Below, piece by piece: positions 24,930-37,121 of a DNA stretch of 64,000 nt. The stretch's first letter is position 1, and each line of letters opens with the position of its first letter. The DNA lies in assembly GCA_951406725.2 (NCBI GenBank), contig OX597824.1, positions 21,204,001 through 21,268,000 on the forward strand. Direction: 5' to 3'. The position numbers were made by a program, and so were the translations under genes. The DNA comes from Octopus vulgaris (Eukaryota). The notes beneath the pieces are model-generated. The model was given only the letters and a program-made list of their open reading frames with translations, did no database searches and was not told where the DNA came from.

Positions 24930-25562
24930 TATTTCTTTATTGCCCTCAAGGGGCTAAACATAGAGGGGACAAACAAGGACAGATACACGGATTAAGTTGA
25001 TTACATCGACCCCAGTGCGAAACTGGTACGTTATTATTCGACCCCGAAAGGATGAAAGGCAAAGTCGACCTTGGCGGAATTTGAACTCAGAATGTGACGA
25101 CAAACAAAATACCTATTTCTTTATTACCCACAAGGGGCTAAACATAGAGGGGACAAGCAAGGACAGACATAGGTATTAAGTCGACTACATCGACCCCAGT
25201 GCGTAACTGGTACTTATTTAATCGACCCCAGTGCGTAACTGGTACTTATTTAATCGACCCCGAAAGGATAAAGGGCAAAGTCGACCTCGGCGGAATTTGA
25301 ACTCAGAATGTGACGACAAACGAAATACCTATTTCTTTATTACCCACAAGGGGCTAAACATAGAGGGGACAAGCAAGGACAGACATAGGTATTAAGTCGA
25401 TTACATCGACCCCAGTGCGTAACTGGTACTTATTTAATCGACCCCGAAAGGATGAAAGGCAAAGTCGACCTCGGCGGAATTTGAACTCAGAACGTAACGA
25501 CAGACAAAATACCACTAAGCATTTCGCCCAGCGTGCTAACATTTCTGCCAGCTTGCCACCTT
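24930..25562 (-). mobile_element. SINE family A, head plus three units
   Basis: AAATAC|CTATTTCTT junctions, the reverse complement of the family junction. Confidence 0.88.
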
Positions 25563-25569
25563 TCAAAAT

Positions 25570-26215
25570 ATATAGAAGGACTCGTAACCATCTGTATTGT
25601 TGAAATTGGACACTCATGGGTCTAATTTCAATGTCAGTTTTGACATCATCCTGGCTTGCTAAAGTTATGTCTCCTAAATCATTCTGTAAACTACGAAACA
25701 AATGGTAGTCTGGAGGAGCAAGGTTGGGAGAATAAGGTGGATGAGGAATTATTTCCCAACCAAGCCCTTCAATTTAATGTGATGTGATCTTTGCAGGGTA
25801 GGGTCGCGCACTGTCCTGATGAAGCACCACTCCTTTTCGATTCAAAAAGTGGGTCTTTTTTCCTTCAAAGCTTGGTTCACATGCTCTAATTGCTGACAGT
25901 AGACTTGAGCATTGATTGTTGCATCAAGTGGTAACAATTCAAAGTAAATTACTCCTTTCTAATCCCTCCAGATAGAGAGAAGAACTTTTTTCCCATGAAG
26001 TTCCCTTCTCAGTTGTGGTTGAGCTTTTTCCCTTTTACCAAGCCACTGTTTACGACGTTTAACATTTCAATAAAAGATCCATTTTGCGTCACCAGTCACA
26101 AGTCTATCCAAAAAGGGTGAAATGAGTTTGTGAGAATGGAGAGAAGAGCAGATGTCGACTCAGGAATTGCGGTTGCTTTCAGACAATTCATAAGGCACCC
26201 ATTTTCTAAATTTAG
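25570..26215 (-). pseudogene. Mariner (DD34D-type) transposase remnant
   Basis: Minus-strand translation gives KWVPYELSE, LVTGDAKWI, KKVLLSIW, GVIYFELLP, LHQDSARP and HPPYSPNLAPPDYHLFRSLQN, with stops and frameshifts. Confidence 0.9.
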
Positions 26216-26454
26216 GAATAAAATAGTATAATCCCTGGTAAATCCAGGTAGTATTATGAATGTTGCATTCATGTTGATCTATTCTAAGGACCTATGCCTT
26301 CATGGAAGTATGGACCAACCTCCATACTCTCTAGAAGATGAGCTGTGAATTTATTCTCCTGTTTGCATTCTTCCATCTACTGTTTTACTCTTTATTCTTC
26401 TACCTACTATTTAATTCATTTATAAACAGTGAATTCCCTCATACATACTCACCT

Positions 26455-26532
26455 TATCTCCGATGATGGAGTACCTAGTGTATGGAGATGTTAACCTATC
26501 TCTTGGGATATCCCAGAAACAGCTGTAAGGCA
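26455..26532 (+). ncRNA. Degenerate hammerhead motif
   Basis: TCT-CCGATGA-TGG...CCA-GAAA-CAGCTG-TA-AGG. The CUGA box reads CCGA. Confidence 0.5.
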
Positions 26533-26542
26533 TCCATTTCTT

Positions 26543-26751
26543 TTATTCTTTTATTTGTTTCAGTCATTTGACTGCGGCCATGCTGGAGCACCACCTTTAG
26601 TCAGGCAAATCAACCCTAGGACTTATTCTTTGTAAACCTAGTACTTATTCTATTGGTTTCTCTTGCTGAACCGCTAAGTGACAGGGACGTAAACATACCA
26701 GCATTGGTTGTCAAGCAATGTTGGGGGGCACAAACACAGACACACAAACAT

Positions 26752-26818
<67 letters not shown>

Positions 26819-26827
26819 TATATATAT

Positions 26828-26861
<34 letters not shown>

Positions 26862-26905
26862 GTATATATATGTGTGTGTATATATATATATATATACACA
26901 CACAC

Positions 26906-26938
<33 letters not shown>

Positions 26939-27140
26939 ACACACACACATATATATATATATATATTTGTATATTTATATATATACTATGGGCTTCTTTC
27001 AGTTTCTGTCTACCATATCCACTCACAAGGCTTTGGTTGGCCCGAGGCTATAGTAGAAGACACAAGGTGCCACACAGTGGGACTGAACCCAGAACCATGT
27101 GGCTGGTAAGCAAGCTACTTACCACACAACCACTTCTACA
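26543..27140 (-). mobile_element. SINE family B with an expanded internal microsatellite
   Basis: Both conserved halves flank ~240 bp of TA/CA repeat. Confidence 0.85.
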
Positions 27141-27247
27141 CCAATAATTAATTAATTAATCAACTAATTACCTCAAATTCACCTTACTCTAAATATTCTA
27201 AATGACTTGAGATACTCATCTTGCCTTGGTTTTTGTTGTCTTTTTCC

Positions 27248-27309
<62 letters not shown>

Positions 27310-27339
27310 ATATATATATATATATAGCCTACTTATGCA

Positions 27340-27895
27340 TTCCTTTCTTTCGTTGGACACTAAACTCTGCTTGCAAAGACCTGTTGAGGCAAGTGAAATT
27401 ACAATCAAAATCAAATTCGCTGATGTTGGCCAAGACAGCACCGCCTGACTGGCACTTGTTCCAGTGGAACATTAAAGCACCATCCGAGCATGATCTATGC
27501 CAGAGCCACTGACTGGCTTCCATGCCTGAGACACATAAAAAGCACCATTTGACCGTGCTCGTTACCAATGTCACATTACTGGCACTTGTGCTGGTGGCAC
27601 ATGAAAAACATTTGAGTGAGGTTGTTGCCAGTGCCGCTGGACTAGCTCCTGTGCATGTGGCACATAAAATATACCATTTGGGCATGGCCATCGCCAGTAC
27701 CGCCTGACTGGCCCTTGTGCCAGTGGCATGTAAAAGCACCTACAACACTCTTGGAATGGTTGGCATTAGGAAGGGCATCCAGCTGTAGAAACTCTGCCAG
27801 ATCAGACTGGAGCCTGGTGCAGCCATCTGGTTCGTCAGTCCTCAGTCAAACAGTCCAACCCTTGCCAGCATGGAAAGCGGATGTTAAACGATGAT
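27340..27895 (+). mobile_element. RTE 3' UTR (family C), long copy
   Basis: About five hairpin units followed by the family tail. Confidence 0.8.
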
Positions 27896-27938
<43 letters not shown>

Positions 27939-28324
27939 AAATATATACTTTATTATGTATTAAGGCTACATTTGGTGTTCATCTCCATTTTGGATTGAAA
28001 CAGCAAAATGAAGTTAAACACCAATTTCTTCATGTGATTGGCTTGAAAAATTCTTAAGATATTTACTTAACAAGAAACCAATGGTAGCCTTAACACACAA
28101 AGTATATACATATATATATATATATATGTTGAAATAGAAAGATGAATTTTCTTGTTACAGATTATTCAAAAGTTTAACCGATACCTGGGTAGCAAAAATC
28201 ACAGCAGAAAATACACGGTTGGAGATAAGACCATTTGGTGTTGCAATCGTGCGTTGGTGCGGATAATTGAAGTTTAATATTATTATTGAATGGAAGAAAT
28301 GGAGTTGAACGAAGATTGTACAGA

Positions 28325-28422
28325 ATTCCTTTTATTACATTCTACACATGTTTCAAAGGCCACAAATTTCCAAATGGAAATTTGTGGCCTTTGAAACATG
28401 TGTAGAATGTAATAAAAGGAAT
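28325..28422. repeat. Perfect palindrome with 48-bp arms and a 2-nt loop
   Basis: ATTCCTTTTATTACATTCTACACATGTTTCAAAGGCCACAAATTTCCA-AA-reverse complement. Confidence 0.95.
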
Positions 28423-28437
28423 ATATATATATATATG

Positions 28438-28529
<92 letters not shown>

Positions 28530-28530
<1 letters not shown>

Positions 28531-29160
28531 TGTGGAGGTAGTCAAGCATGACCCCAGAGCGTTGGGCCTCACAGAGGCAATGACAAAGGACCGAGATCTC
28601 TGGAGATATGCTGTGACTGCAAAAACCCGGGCTGCTTCCTGCACCAGTCCCGCATAGCCCCTGCCCATTCAAAGTACCTTAGATACCAGAACATCCCGCT
28701 GTGCTTGAGGAGACCTATTGAGTCAAGTACATGAACATCGAAATACATATGGAAATAGTAGTTGTGATACCTGTGCCGGTGGCACATAAGAAGCACCATC
28801 TGAACGTGGCCGATGCCAGCGCCGCCTTGACTGGCTTCTGTGCCGGTGGCACATAAAAAGCACCATCTGAACATGGCCGATGCCAGCGCCACCTTGACTG
28901 GCTCCCATGCTGGTGGCACCTTAAAAGCACCAACCAATTGTGGCTGATGCCAGACTCCCCTGGCACCTGTGCCGGGGCACGTAAAAAGCACCCACTACAC
29001 TCGCAGAGTGGTTGGCGTTAGGAAGGGCATCCAGGTGTAGAAACTCTGCCAGATCAGACTGGAACCTGGTGCAGCCCCTGGCTTCCCAGAGCCCGGTCGA
29101 ACTGTCCAACCCATGCTAGCACGGAAAACAGACGTTAAACGATGATGATGATGATGATGT
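28530..29160 (+). mobile_element. RTE LINE 3' end: ORF C-terminus, 3' UTR repeat array and (GAT)n tail
   Basis: Reads [27 protein letters not shown] (RTE-type DR..WR terminus), contiguous with the family C sequence. Confidence 0.82.
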
Positions 29161-29564
29161 ATGTATAGGAAGCACTCCATTGGTTATGACAATTAGGTTC
29201 CCTGCTGATACAATCAACGGAACAGCTTGCACACAGACTTTAGAGACACTGTGTCTCATACATACACATACACACACGCACACACACACACACACATACA
29301 TGTCATCTGTTGTAGTCCTGGGTGTGTGGATGTATTTGGTAAACAGAAACCAAAAACAGCCTGTAATTGTAAACAAATATCATCTTCATACAAATGGTCC
29401 AATCTTCTGCAAAAAACATGTCTGCTTGCAAATGTGTGAGGGTTAGCAATAGGTAAGGTATCCAACCTTAGAAAATCTGCCTCAATGAACTCTGCCCAAC
29501 CAATGCAAGCATGAAAAAGCAGAGCAGAGAAAAGTAGATGTTACAGTTATTATTAGAATTATTA

Positions 29565-29900
29565 TTAAAATGGAAATTGTAGCTGTGATCCCTGTGCTGG
29601 TGACACATAAAAAGCACTGTCCAAACGTAGCAGATGCCAGCGCCGCCTGACTGGCGTCTGTGTCGGTGACACGTAAAAGCACCAACCGATCGTGGCTGTT
29701 TGCCAGCCTCCCATGGCCCCTGTGCTGGTGGCACATAAAAAGCACCCACTACACTCACGGAGTGGTTGGCATTAGAAAAGGCATCCAGCTGTAGAAACTC
29801 TGCCAGATCAGACTGGAGCCTGGTGCAGACCCCGGTCGAACCATCCAACTCATGCTAGCATGGAAAACGGACGTTAAACATTGATGATGATGATGATGAT
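29565..29900 (+). mobile_element. RTE 3' UTR (family C)
   Basis: Hairpin units and the family tail. Confidence 0.8.
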
Positions 29901-29904
29901 GATT

Positions 29905-30665
29905 ATTCTGAGGTCAAGCAAAGACCAAGAGATGGTGCTTGGCATCTGGAATGTCATCAAGCATTCACAGCTCTCTACCTTTCTGGGCTTTGATGAAAAT
30001 CAACTGGTTGATCTGTTCTGGAGGACTTTTGAGCCAAGGTCCAGGGATAGTTTCCAGAAATCCCTGGCATTATAGTACTACCAGAGGGTTTTTCCATTTT
30101 GAGATAAAATCCTACAGACATGCAAGTTAGCTGAGCTTGCACAAGATGCATGCAGAGAAACAAAAATGTTTTGCATCTACTCATCCATTGCTGACTTGTG
30201 GATTTATGTCAAACACCTCCTGTTGTGTGTAAGATGGATCTGGCTATCAGCTGAGTCCATTGTGAAGATTATCCTTTGGCTGGGAAAGGCAGGCTGTGTT
30301 TATTTGTCTGGTGGCCTTGGTGAAAGAGGTGGGGTGAAAGGGCTGGAGACAAACAATTTCCTCCTTGGCCAAGCCCTCATCAACTTTTTCAAGTTTCTTT
30401 TGAAAAGGCAAGTGAAGGTGGAGAGGGAAGTGCTGCCTTAGGGGTCAGGGCAACTGTGGGTTTGGTGGGGTTTCCATGAGCATCATTTGGAAGTTCCCCC
30501 ATTTTGGGAAATTTTTCTTATTTGAATTTGCTTGTTTCTTCGTTTTTTTTAATTATTTTTACTGTTCACACACCTTTATGTAACTCCACATCACATCGCA
30601 TTTTATTGCTTCATCCTGTACTGTACTCAGTCTATTTGCTAACCCTTAGCTGTTAATAAAGAAAC
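29905..30665 (+). mobile_element. L1/Tx1-like LINE ORF2 3' remnant
   Basis: Contains CTRC-MQRNKNVL-H-LLIH-C (CX2CX8HX4C zinc knuckle), followed by a T-rich 3' UTR and AATAAA. Confidence 0.65.
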
Positions 30666-30809
30666 CATCACCATCATCATAATCACCACTACCACCACCA
30701 CTATGGTGTGCATGAATGTTTTATATTTAGAATCAATGTCCTTGATATCGTGTCACAACCAGTTTCCTTAGAAACAAAGACTTATCTTACAAGTCATCGT
30801 ATTTCCCTA

Positions 30810-31300
30810 GAGGATGGATGAGGAGCAGATGGTAAGGAAGGTGATAAAGGCAGAAGTGGTAGGCAGCAGAACCAGAGGCAGACCTCAGTTTGTGTGGATG
30901 GATGGAGTGAAGAAAGTCTTGGTGGTTAGAAGTGTTGGAGTGAGAGAGGTAAAAGAGTTTTTTTTTCTCTCTAGTTTCAGCTCAGAGCTGTGGCCATGCT
31001 GGTGCACCGCTGTTAAGTTTGCTACTTAAATGTGGCTAACTACTAAGGGTGGATGCTACTGTAGCTTGTAGCCCCAGGAGAACATCTTCTCCAGCTGGTT
31101 ATTGACACTTTCTGTGCCCTATCAGTATTTGCAAAGGGAAGCCATCCTTCCCATCGTCGACCTGAAGTGATATGCGCGGACCCAGGTTTCTGGGTATTTA
31201 TGAGTCGTCAGTGCACGACAATCACCGGTCTTCGATGAATGATTAGAAAATTTGGAGAGAGTTTGTGGATGGATGAGTGAATTTGATGTTGCTCAAAGGG
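30810..31300 (+). mobile_element. RTE ORF C-terminal remnant interrupted at ~30960-31245
   Basis: MDEEQMVRKV...GSRTRGRPQFVWMDGVKK, resuming as WREFVDG-stop near 31252. Confidence 0.7.
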
Positions 31301-32902
31301 GTATGGAACCAACATGATGTAGCGGGGGTAAACCAGTGTATGTTGTCAGGCCCTGCTGCTGAAATTGGGGATTGTGTTCTTTGCCTTGACCATGGGAAAT
31401 GAATGGAATGCCTAGTGTGTCTTGTTGTGGCTACCCACCTAAAAAAAAATAGGGAATAGGCCTGGGTCTCATCATCATCATCATCATCATCATTTAGCGT
31501 CCGCTTTCCATGCTAGCATGGGTTGGATGGTTCAACTGGGGTCTGTGAAGCTGGAAGGCTTCGTCAGGCCCAGTCAGATCTGGCAGTGTTTCTACGGCTG
31601 GATGCCCTTCCTAACGCCTTTCTATAAAGAAAAAAAATTATTATTGAGTGAGAGAGCAGTGCATGTCATCAAACAGACACTGGGGTACAAATATACGATG
31701 CCCAATAGACCCATCATACAACCTGTCTGATAAGGGTACACCAGGTGCATGCATCACGACCATGTGTGTGACATGGTGATCGCATATCAAGATAAACAAC
31801 ACATGGCCTTGCAGGTGGAGACCCAGTTAGAATTTTCTTCAGGTTGAGTAACCCATCCCACTCAAAAGGTCCTTAATTAAGGTTTGTTTAAGGATGATGG
31901 ATGAAACACCTGTGTTTCCAATGATGAATTATTCAAATCCTAAAGAATTCCTAACACATGGCTATGATGCTTCCCCACCACTTCTGCTTGTGATCAAAGA
32001 TGCCCATATTGTCAGCCACTAAGGAACATGCTCAACAAGCTAAGGTCAAACAACTGACAAGCAAATCTGTGGTACTGAGCAGAATATTTGTTGTAGCCCA
32101 TCTTTTACACCAAGACAAAATATGTACATGATAACACTTCCAATCAGTTAAGATCAAAAGCCAAGAGAACCACTTCCTGATACTGCATCGGGGCATTTAT
32201 TTACGTTCTGAGTTCAAAGTTTACGTTCTGAGTTCGACTTTGCCTTTCATCCTTTCTGGGTCAATAAATTAAATATCAGTTAAACACTGGGTCGATGTAA
32301 TCGACAAGTCCATTCCCCACAAATTTCAAGTCTTGTACGTATAGTAGAAAGGATAATAATAATAATAATAATAATAATAATATTTCATCTCTTTGTCTAC
32401 GTCTTTGTAAGCAATGCTTTTGAAAGGATGTATTCTAACAATTTTCTTAAATGCACTTTAAATATAGTTACCACTTGCAAATTGCATCGTGGGCGACACT
32501 CGTGTGCAGATGGCAGTTCTTTTAAGATCAACGACTCTTATCATCGGTGTCAAGATAACCCAACGAACATATATATAAACGCCGTGAACCCTTAAATCCA
32601 GGCCATTCTGCCTGTCACTTTATCAATACGTACTATTGGTGAAAATGGCATTATAGAAATAATGGTTAATGTCTTCGAAACTATTGGAGTTGTTTAATTA
32701 GTGTTAGGTGTTTTGAATCAGTTAATTTCATATTTACATCTAAAGAAACAAACAAACTGCTCTTAACTGGGACGACATAGAATGATGCAGCGTGTTCGAA
32801 GTTTTGAGAAAAAAAATACAAACTGGATATATGTATATATATACATACATACACACACACACACACATATATATACACACATACACATATATATCCAGCT
32901 TG

Positions 32903-32941
<39 letters not shown>

Positions 32942-33091
32942 CATACACACACTCAGCTTTATATATGTATATATATGTGAGAATGTATGTACATTCATAC
33001 ATACATGCACAAGCCTGTTGTGTGTATGTATATACATACATACATACATACATACATACACACACACATACACGTATATATCCAGTTTGTA

Positions 33092-33147
<56 letters not shown>

Positions 33148-33399
33148 TTATATATGTGAGAATGTATGTTCATTCATACATACACGCACATGTCTGCATG
33201 CATGTATAAATGTGTGCATGAATATATGTATGTATGTATAATTAACGAAAGCTCCTTTAACAATTAATTCATTAATCTAATATTCCCAGCAAAAGAATCT
33301 ATCTTTCTTCTTTAAATGTTTATCTATCTACAACTCGTGTTCACTATAATTACATCTACGAAATAATGCAATGTGCTAATTCGGTAATAACAGTAATAA

Positions 33400-33431
<32 letters not shown>

Positions 33432-33994
33432 TTTTTCTCCACCGTTCAGTAATAATAGTAATCATAATAACCGTTGTCGTTAATTATGTAATTCAAAAGG
33501 AACGTATATTTCTTTTTGTTTTTTATAAATAAACAGGCTTTTTTTTTTAATGTTATATTTTATTTTTATGAGGGGTAGGTATTTCGGGCTGGTGGCTGGT
33601 GCTGCACGTTGCACAACTGCACAATTCCTTGTCATTCACGAAAGCATTTAAAGCTGCTCTGAAGAGTTGTCAGGCCTGCTGCTTCCTTCCTTCATCGGTA
33701 GTAGTGATGCTGGTGCTAGTGGTGATGGTGGCCTGACACCGGTAGTGAATGGAAAAAGTGATGCTGGTTATTGATGGTATCAATTCTAAGCACCATCACC
33801 ACTATCATCATCGCCCTTATCATCATCATCATCATCGTGATCATCATTATTATCACTATCATCATTGCCTTCGTCGTCGTGGTTGTCCTCCCCATCATCT
33901 TAAGTCATCATCACCTCTGATATAGGGTATTAATTAAAAGAAGAAAAGAAAAACAGAATTGTTATAAACCACTCTAATTAGTAGTAACCATGCC

Positions 33995-34002
33995 TATATA
34001 AA
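33995..34002 (+). promoter_or_regulatory. Possible TATA box upstream of the kinase exon
   Basis: TATATAAA in non-repetitive context about 1.4 kb upstream of the ATG. Weak evidence in an AT-rich genome. Confidence 0.15.
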
Positions 34003-34129
34003 CGGGAGTGCAAAATAAAATTAAAAGGAAAATAATGAAATAGAGAGAGAGAGAGAATAAAAGGAGGTAGCTTAGAGTCTCTCAATAGTGGCGTGCAAGC
34101 TTCACTTCTAGTAGTCAGAAGCAAAACAA

Positions 34130-34457
34130 AGATGTGATGGTGGTGGTGGAGGTGGTGGTAATAGTTACATAGGTGGTGGTGGTGGTGGTGGTGATAGCTG
34201 TTGTATTGTTAGTAGTATTAGCAGTGGTGGTGGTGGTGGTGGTGGTAATAGCTGCAATCGTATTAGTAATAGTAATAGTAGTAGCAGTGGTGGTGGTGGT
34301 GGTGGTAATAACTGTAGTTATATCAGTAATAATAGTTGCAATTGTATCAACAATAGTAGTAGTAGTAGTAGTAGCTACAGTTGTATCACTACTAGTAGTA
34401 GTAGTGGTGGTAAAAGCTGTAGTTACATCACTAGTGGCAGTTGCTCGCATCAGTAAC

Positions 34458-34490
<33 letters not shown>

Positions 34491-34579
34491 GGTAATAGCA
34501 GTAGCTGCATCAGTAGTAATAGTAGTAGTAGTAGTAGTAGCAGTAGTAGCAGCGGTAATAACACATCAGTAGTAGCAGC

Positions 34580-34611
<32 letters not shown>

Positions 34612-34850
34612 AGGTGGTGGTGGTGATATTAGCGCTGTTGTTAGGGTGGTGGAAGTTGGTGGAGAAGGAAAGAGCTAGAGAGAGCGAGAGAGCGAGAGCG
34701 AGAGAGAGAGAGAGAGAGAGAGAAGGGTTTGTACTGTTGCAGAGGTAAAAGCGAAAGGCAAAGAGAGCCGCAGTCGCCTCCTCCTCCGCCGCCGTCGCCG
34801 TCGCCGCAGCAGCAGCAGCAGCCCGTACAGCAGCAGCAGCAGCAGCCACA
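34130..34850. repeat. (GGT)/(GTA), (GA)n, (GCC) and (CAG) repeat tract upstream of the kinase ATG
   Basis: Directly visible. Confidence 0.92.
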
Positions 34851-34861
34851 GCGGCATCTTC

Positions 34862-34966
34862 ATGGCGCTCCACACCAATCGATTCTTTGACTACCTAAAT
34901 GTTGTTGAGTCTAAGCGAGCTGTCATGAGATATGGCATCCTGGTCAGGAGCTCTGCTTCTGACTAA
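34862..34966 (+). other. Candidate upstream ORF, 34 aa (MALHTNRFFDYLNVVESKRAVMRYGILVRSSASD)
   Basis: ATG(G) to TAA spans almost exactly one island of complex sequence between simple repeats. Presence in the mRNA is not shown. Confidence 0.35.
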
Positions 34967-35409
34967 CAACGTTTGCCTTATTTTCATTTTTAGTTTTTTT
35001 CCTCTAGCACTGCTCCCTTAGGGCTTTTTTTTTTTGTATTATTGTACCCCCCCTTTTTTTCCTTTACAAGTAGTAGTAAGTAGTAAGGATAATTAAAAAA
35101 AAAAAAAAAATAATCATATAAAAATCTGCCAAAAAAAAAAAAAAACAACCCCGCCGCAAAAAAACCCCCAAAAAAACAAGCCCAAATAAACCCCCTATAT
35201 ATATATATATAATCAAAAACAGGGGGAAAAAGGAAAAATTACATCCCTTGTAAAGCTGCTAAACCCCTAAAACAACAACAACAACAACAAAACCCTACGA
35301 TCTCATCATCGGTATTGATTGGAAAAAAAAAAAAAAAAAGCAAAATTAACCAAACACCACCACCACCAACAACAACAACAACAAAAATAAAAGCTGATTT
35401 CATTCCAAG

Positions 35410-35485
35410 ATGTCTCATAGTCAGAAGGAGGAGCAGTACGTCGGACCATACCGGTTGGAGAAGACATTAGGCAAAGGTCAAACAG
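35410..35485 (+). CDS. BRSK: First coding exon of a BR serine/threonine kinase (BRSK1/2, SAD-1 family)
   Basis: Encodes [44 protein letters not shown] is the characteristic BRSK/SAD N-terminal kinase motif. It ends in a perfect phase-1 donor CAG|GTAAGT and has A at -3 of the ATG. Too short for the ORF track. Confidence 0.95.
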
Positions 35486-35535
35486 GTAAGTGGAAACCAG
35501 GAGTGATTTGAGCAAAGGATGCTGGAAAAAAAAAA

Positions 35536-35568
<33 letters not shown>

Positions 35569-35981
35569 ATAATGGTATAAAACTGCATCATCAGATACCG
35601 TGTATCGCTAACATCATTTTGTACCCACCTTTTTACTGCCTATTATGATTGTTACAAGTACCTGTTATTAGTATTATTTTATTAATATGGTTATTAATAT
35701 TGTTATTATTATTATCATCATCATCCGCTTCCTCATCTTCGTCAGAAGCATCGTTATCATATCAACCATCATCACAAATTACATCAAACATCGTCCTCAT
35801 GGTATACAACCACCACTATTACTACTACTACTACTACTATCAATATGAAAACCACCACCATCATCATCATCATCATCGTCATCATCATCGTCGTCATCAT
35901 CATCGTCGTCATCATCATCGCCCTCATCAGCTCAGCATCACCATCATGCCATTCACCGCTACCGTTGTCACCACTACTACT

Positions 35982-36025
<44 letters not shown>

Positions 36026-36379
36026 CACTGCTACTTCCGTCATCGTTGTCATCGTCGTCATCAGCATCATCATCATCATCACTATACACACACGCGCAAA
36101 ATAATAACAAAAAATTACGCGTGTGGATTACTATGTGTGTATATATGTAATGTATACATATACATGCATATAAGTATATGCATATATACATGTATGCATA
36201 AATGCATGTCTATACACACATAAACATAAATATATATACATATATATATTCAGTCCCTTACATGTATTGAGTTCTTTCAGTTAGTGGTGCTTGTCTTTAT
36301 AATTAAAAACGTCTTTGCGTACATCTATGTCTTTCCTTCTGTGTGTATACGTACGTACGCATGTATTTATGTATGCATG

Positions 36380-36394
36380 CACTTTATCTATCTG

Positions 36395-36453
<59 letters not shown>

Positions 36454-36624
36454 GTCTGTCTGTCTGTCTGTCTACCTATCTCTCTCTCTCTATCTACCTG
36501 TCTATGTATGTATGTATGTATGTATCTATCTACATATCTATCTATCTACCTGTTTATGTATGTATGTATATATCTATCTATCTACCTACCTATCTCTCTC
36601 TCTCTATCTGTCTGTCTGTCTGTA

Positions 36625-36658
<34 letters not shown>

Positions 36659-36672
36659 ATTCTATGTATGCG

Positions 36673-36710
<38 letters not shown>
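36380..36710. repeat. (TCTA)/(TCTG)/(TC) compound microsatellite
   Basis: Directly visible. Confidence 0.95.
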
Positions 36711-36714
<4 letters not shown>

Positions 36715-37052
36715 GAATATATGTATATGTATAAAGCTATATACGTATGCATTTATGATTTCCTTTTGTCCGTCCATGCCAACAACCGTCACTAATGTAT
36801 ATTAAAGCCTCGTTCATAAAACAATAAATAGAAAAAGACAGATATCCCCACATTTGAAGTCGACTTCAACAATATTTATAGATTGTGTATTCTTTGTAAA
36901 AACTGTAAGCAGTTAAGTGTTATATATTTCGACATTATGCTTAAAATCCGAGCACTTGTCTTGTAGCATGTGTAATGTTAGAGGGCCATCAACTGATGAA
37001 GATGCTAATGTAATAACAAATATATGATGATGTATAATGTGTGTGTGTGTGC

Positions 37053-37121
<69 letters not shown>

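Noticed and set aside
34115-34873. 252-aa minus-strand ORF with poly-Ala and poly-Thr
   Set aside because: Almost entirely simple repeats antisense to the kinase upstream region
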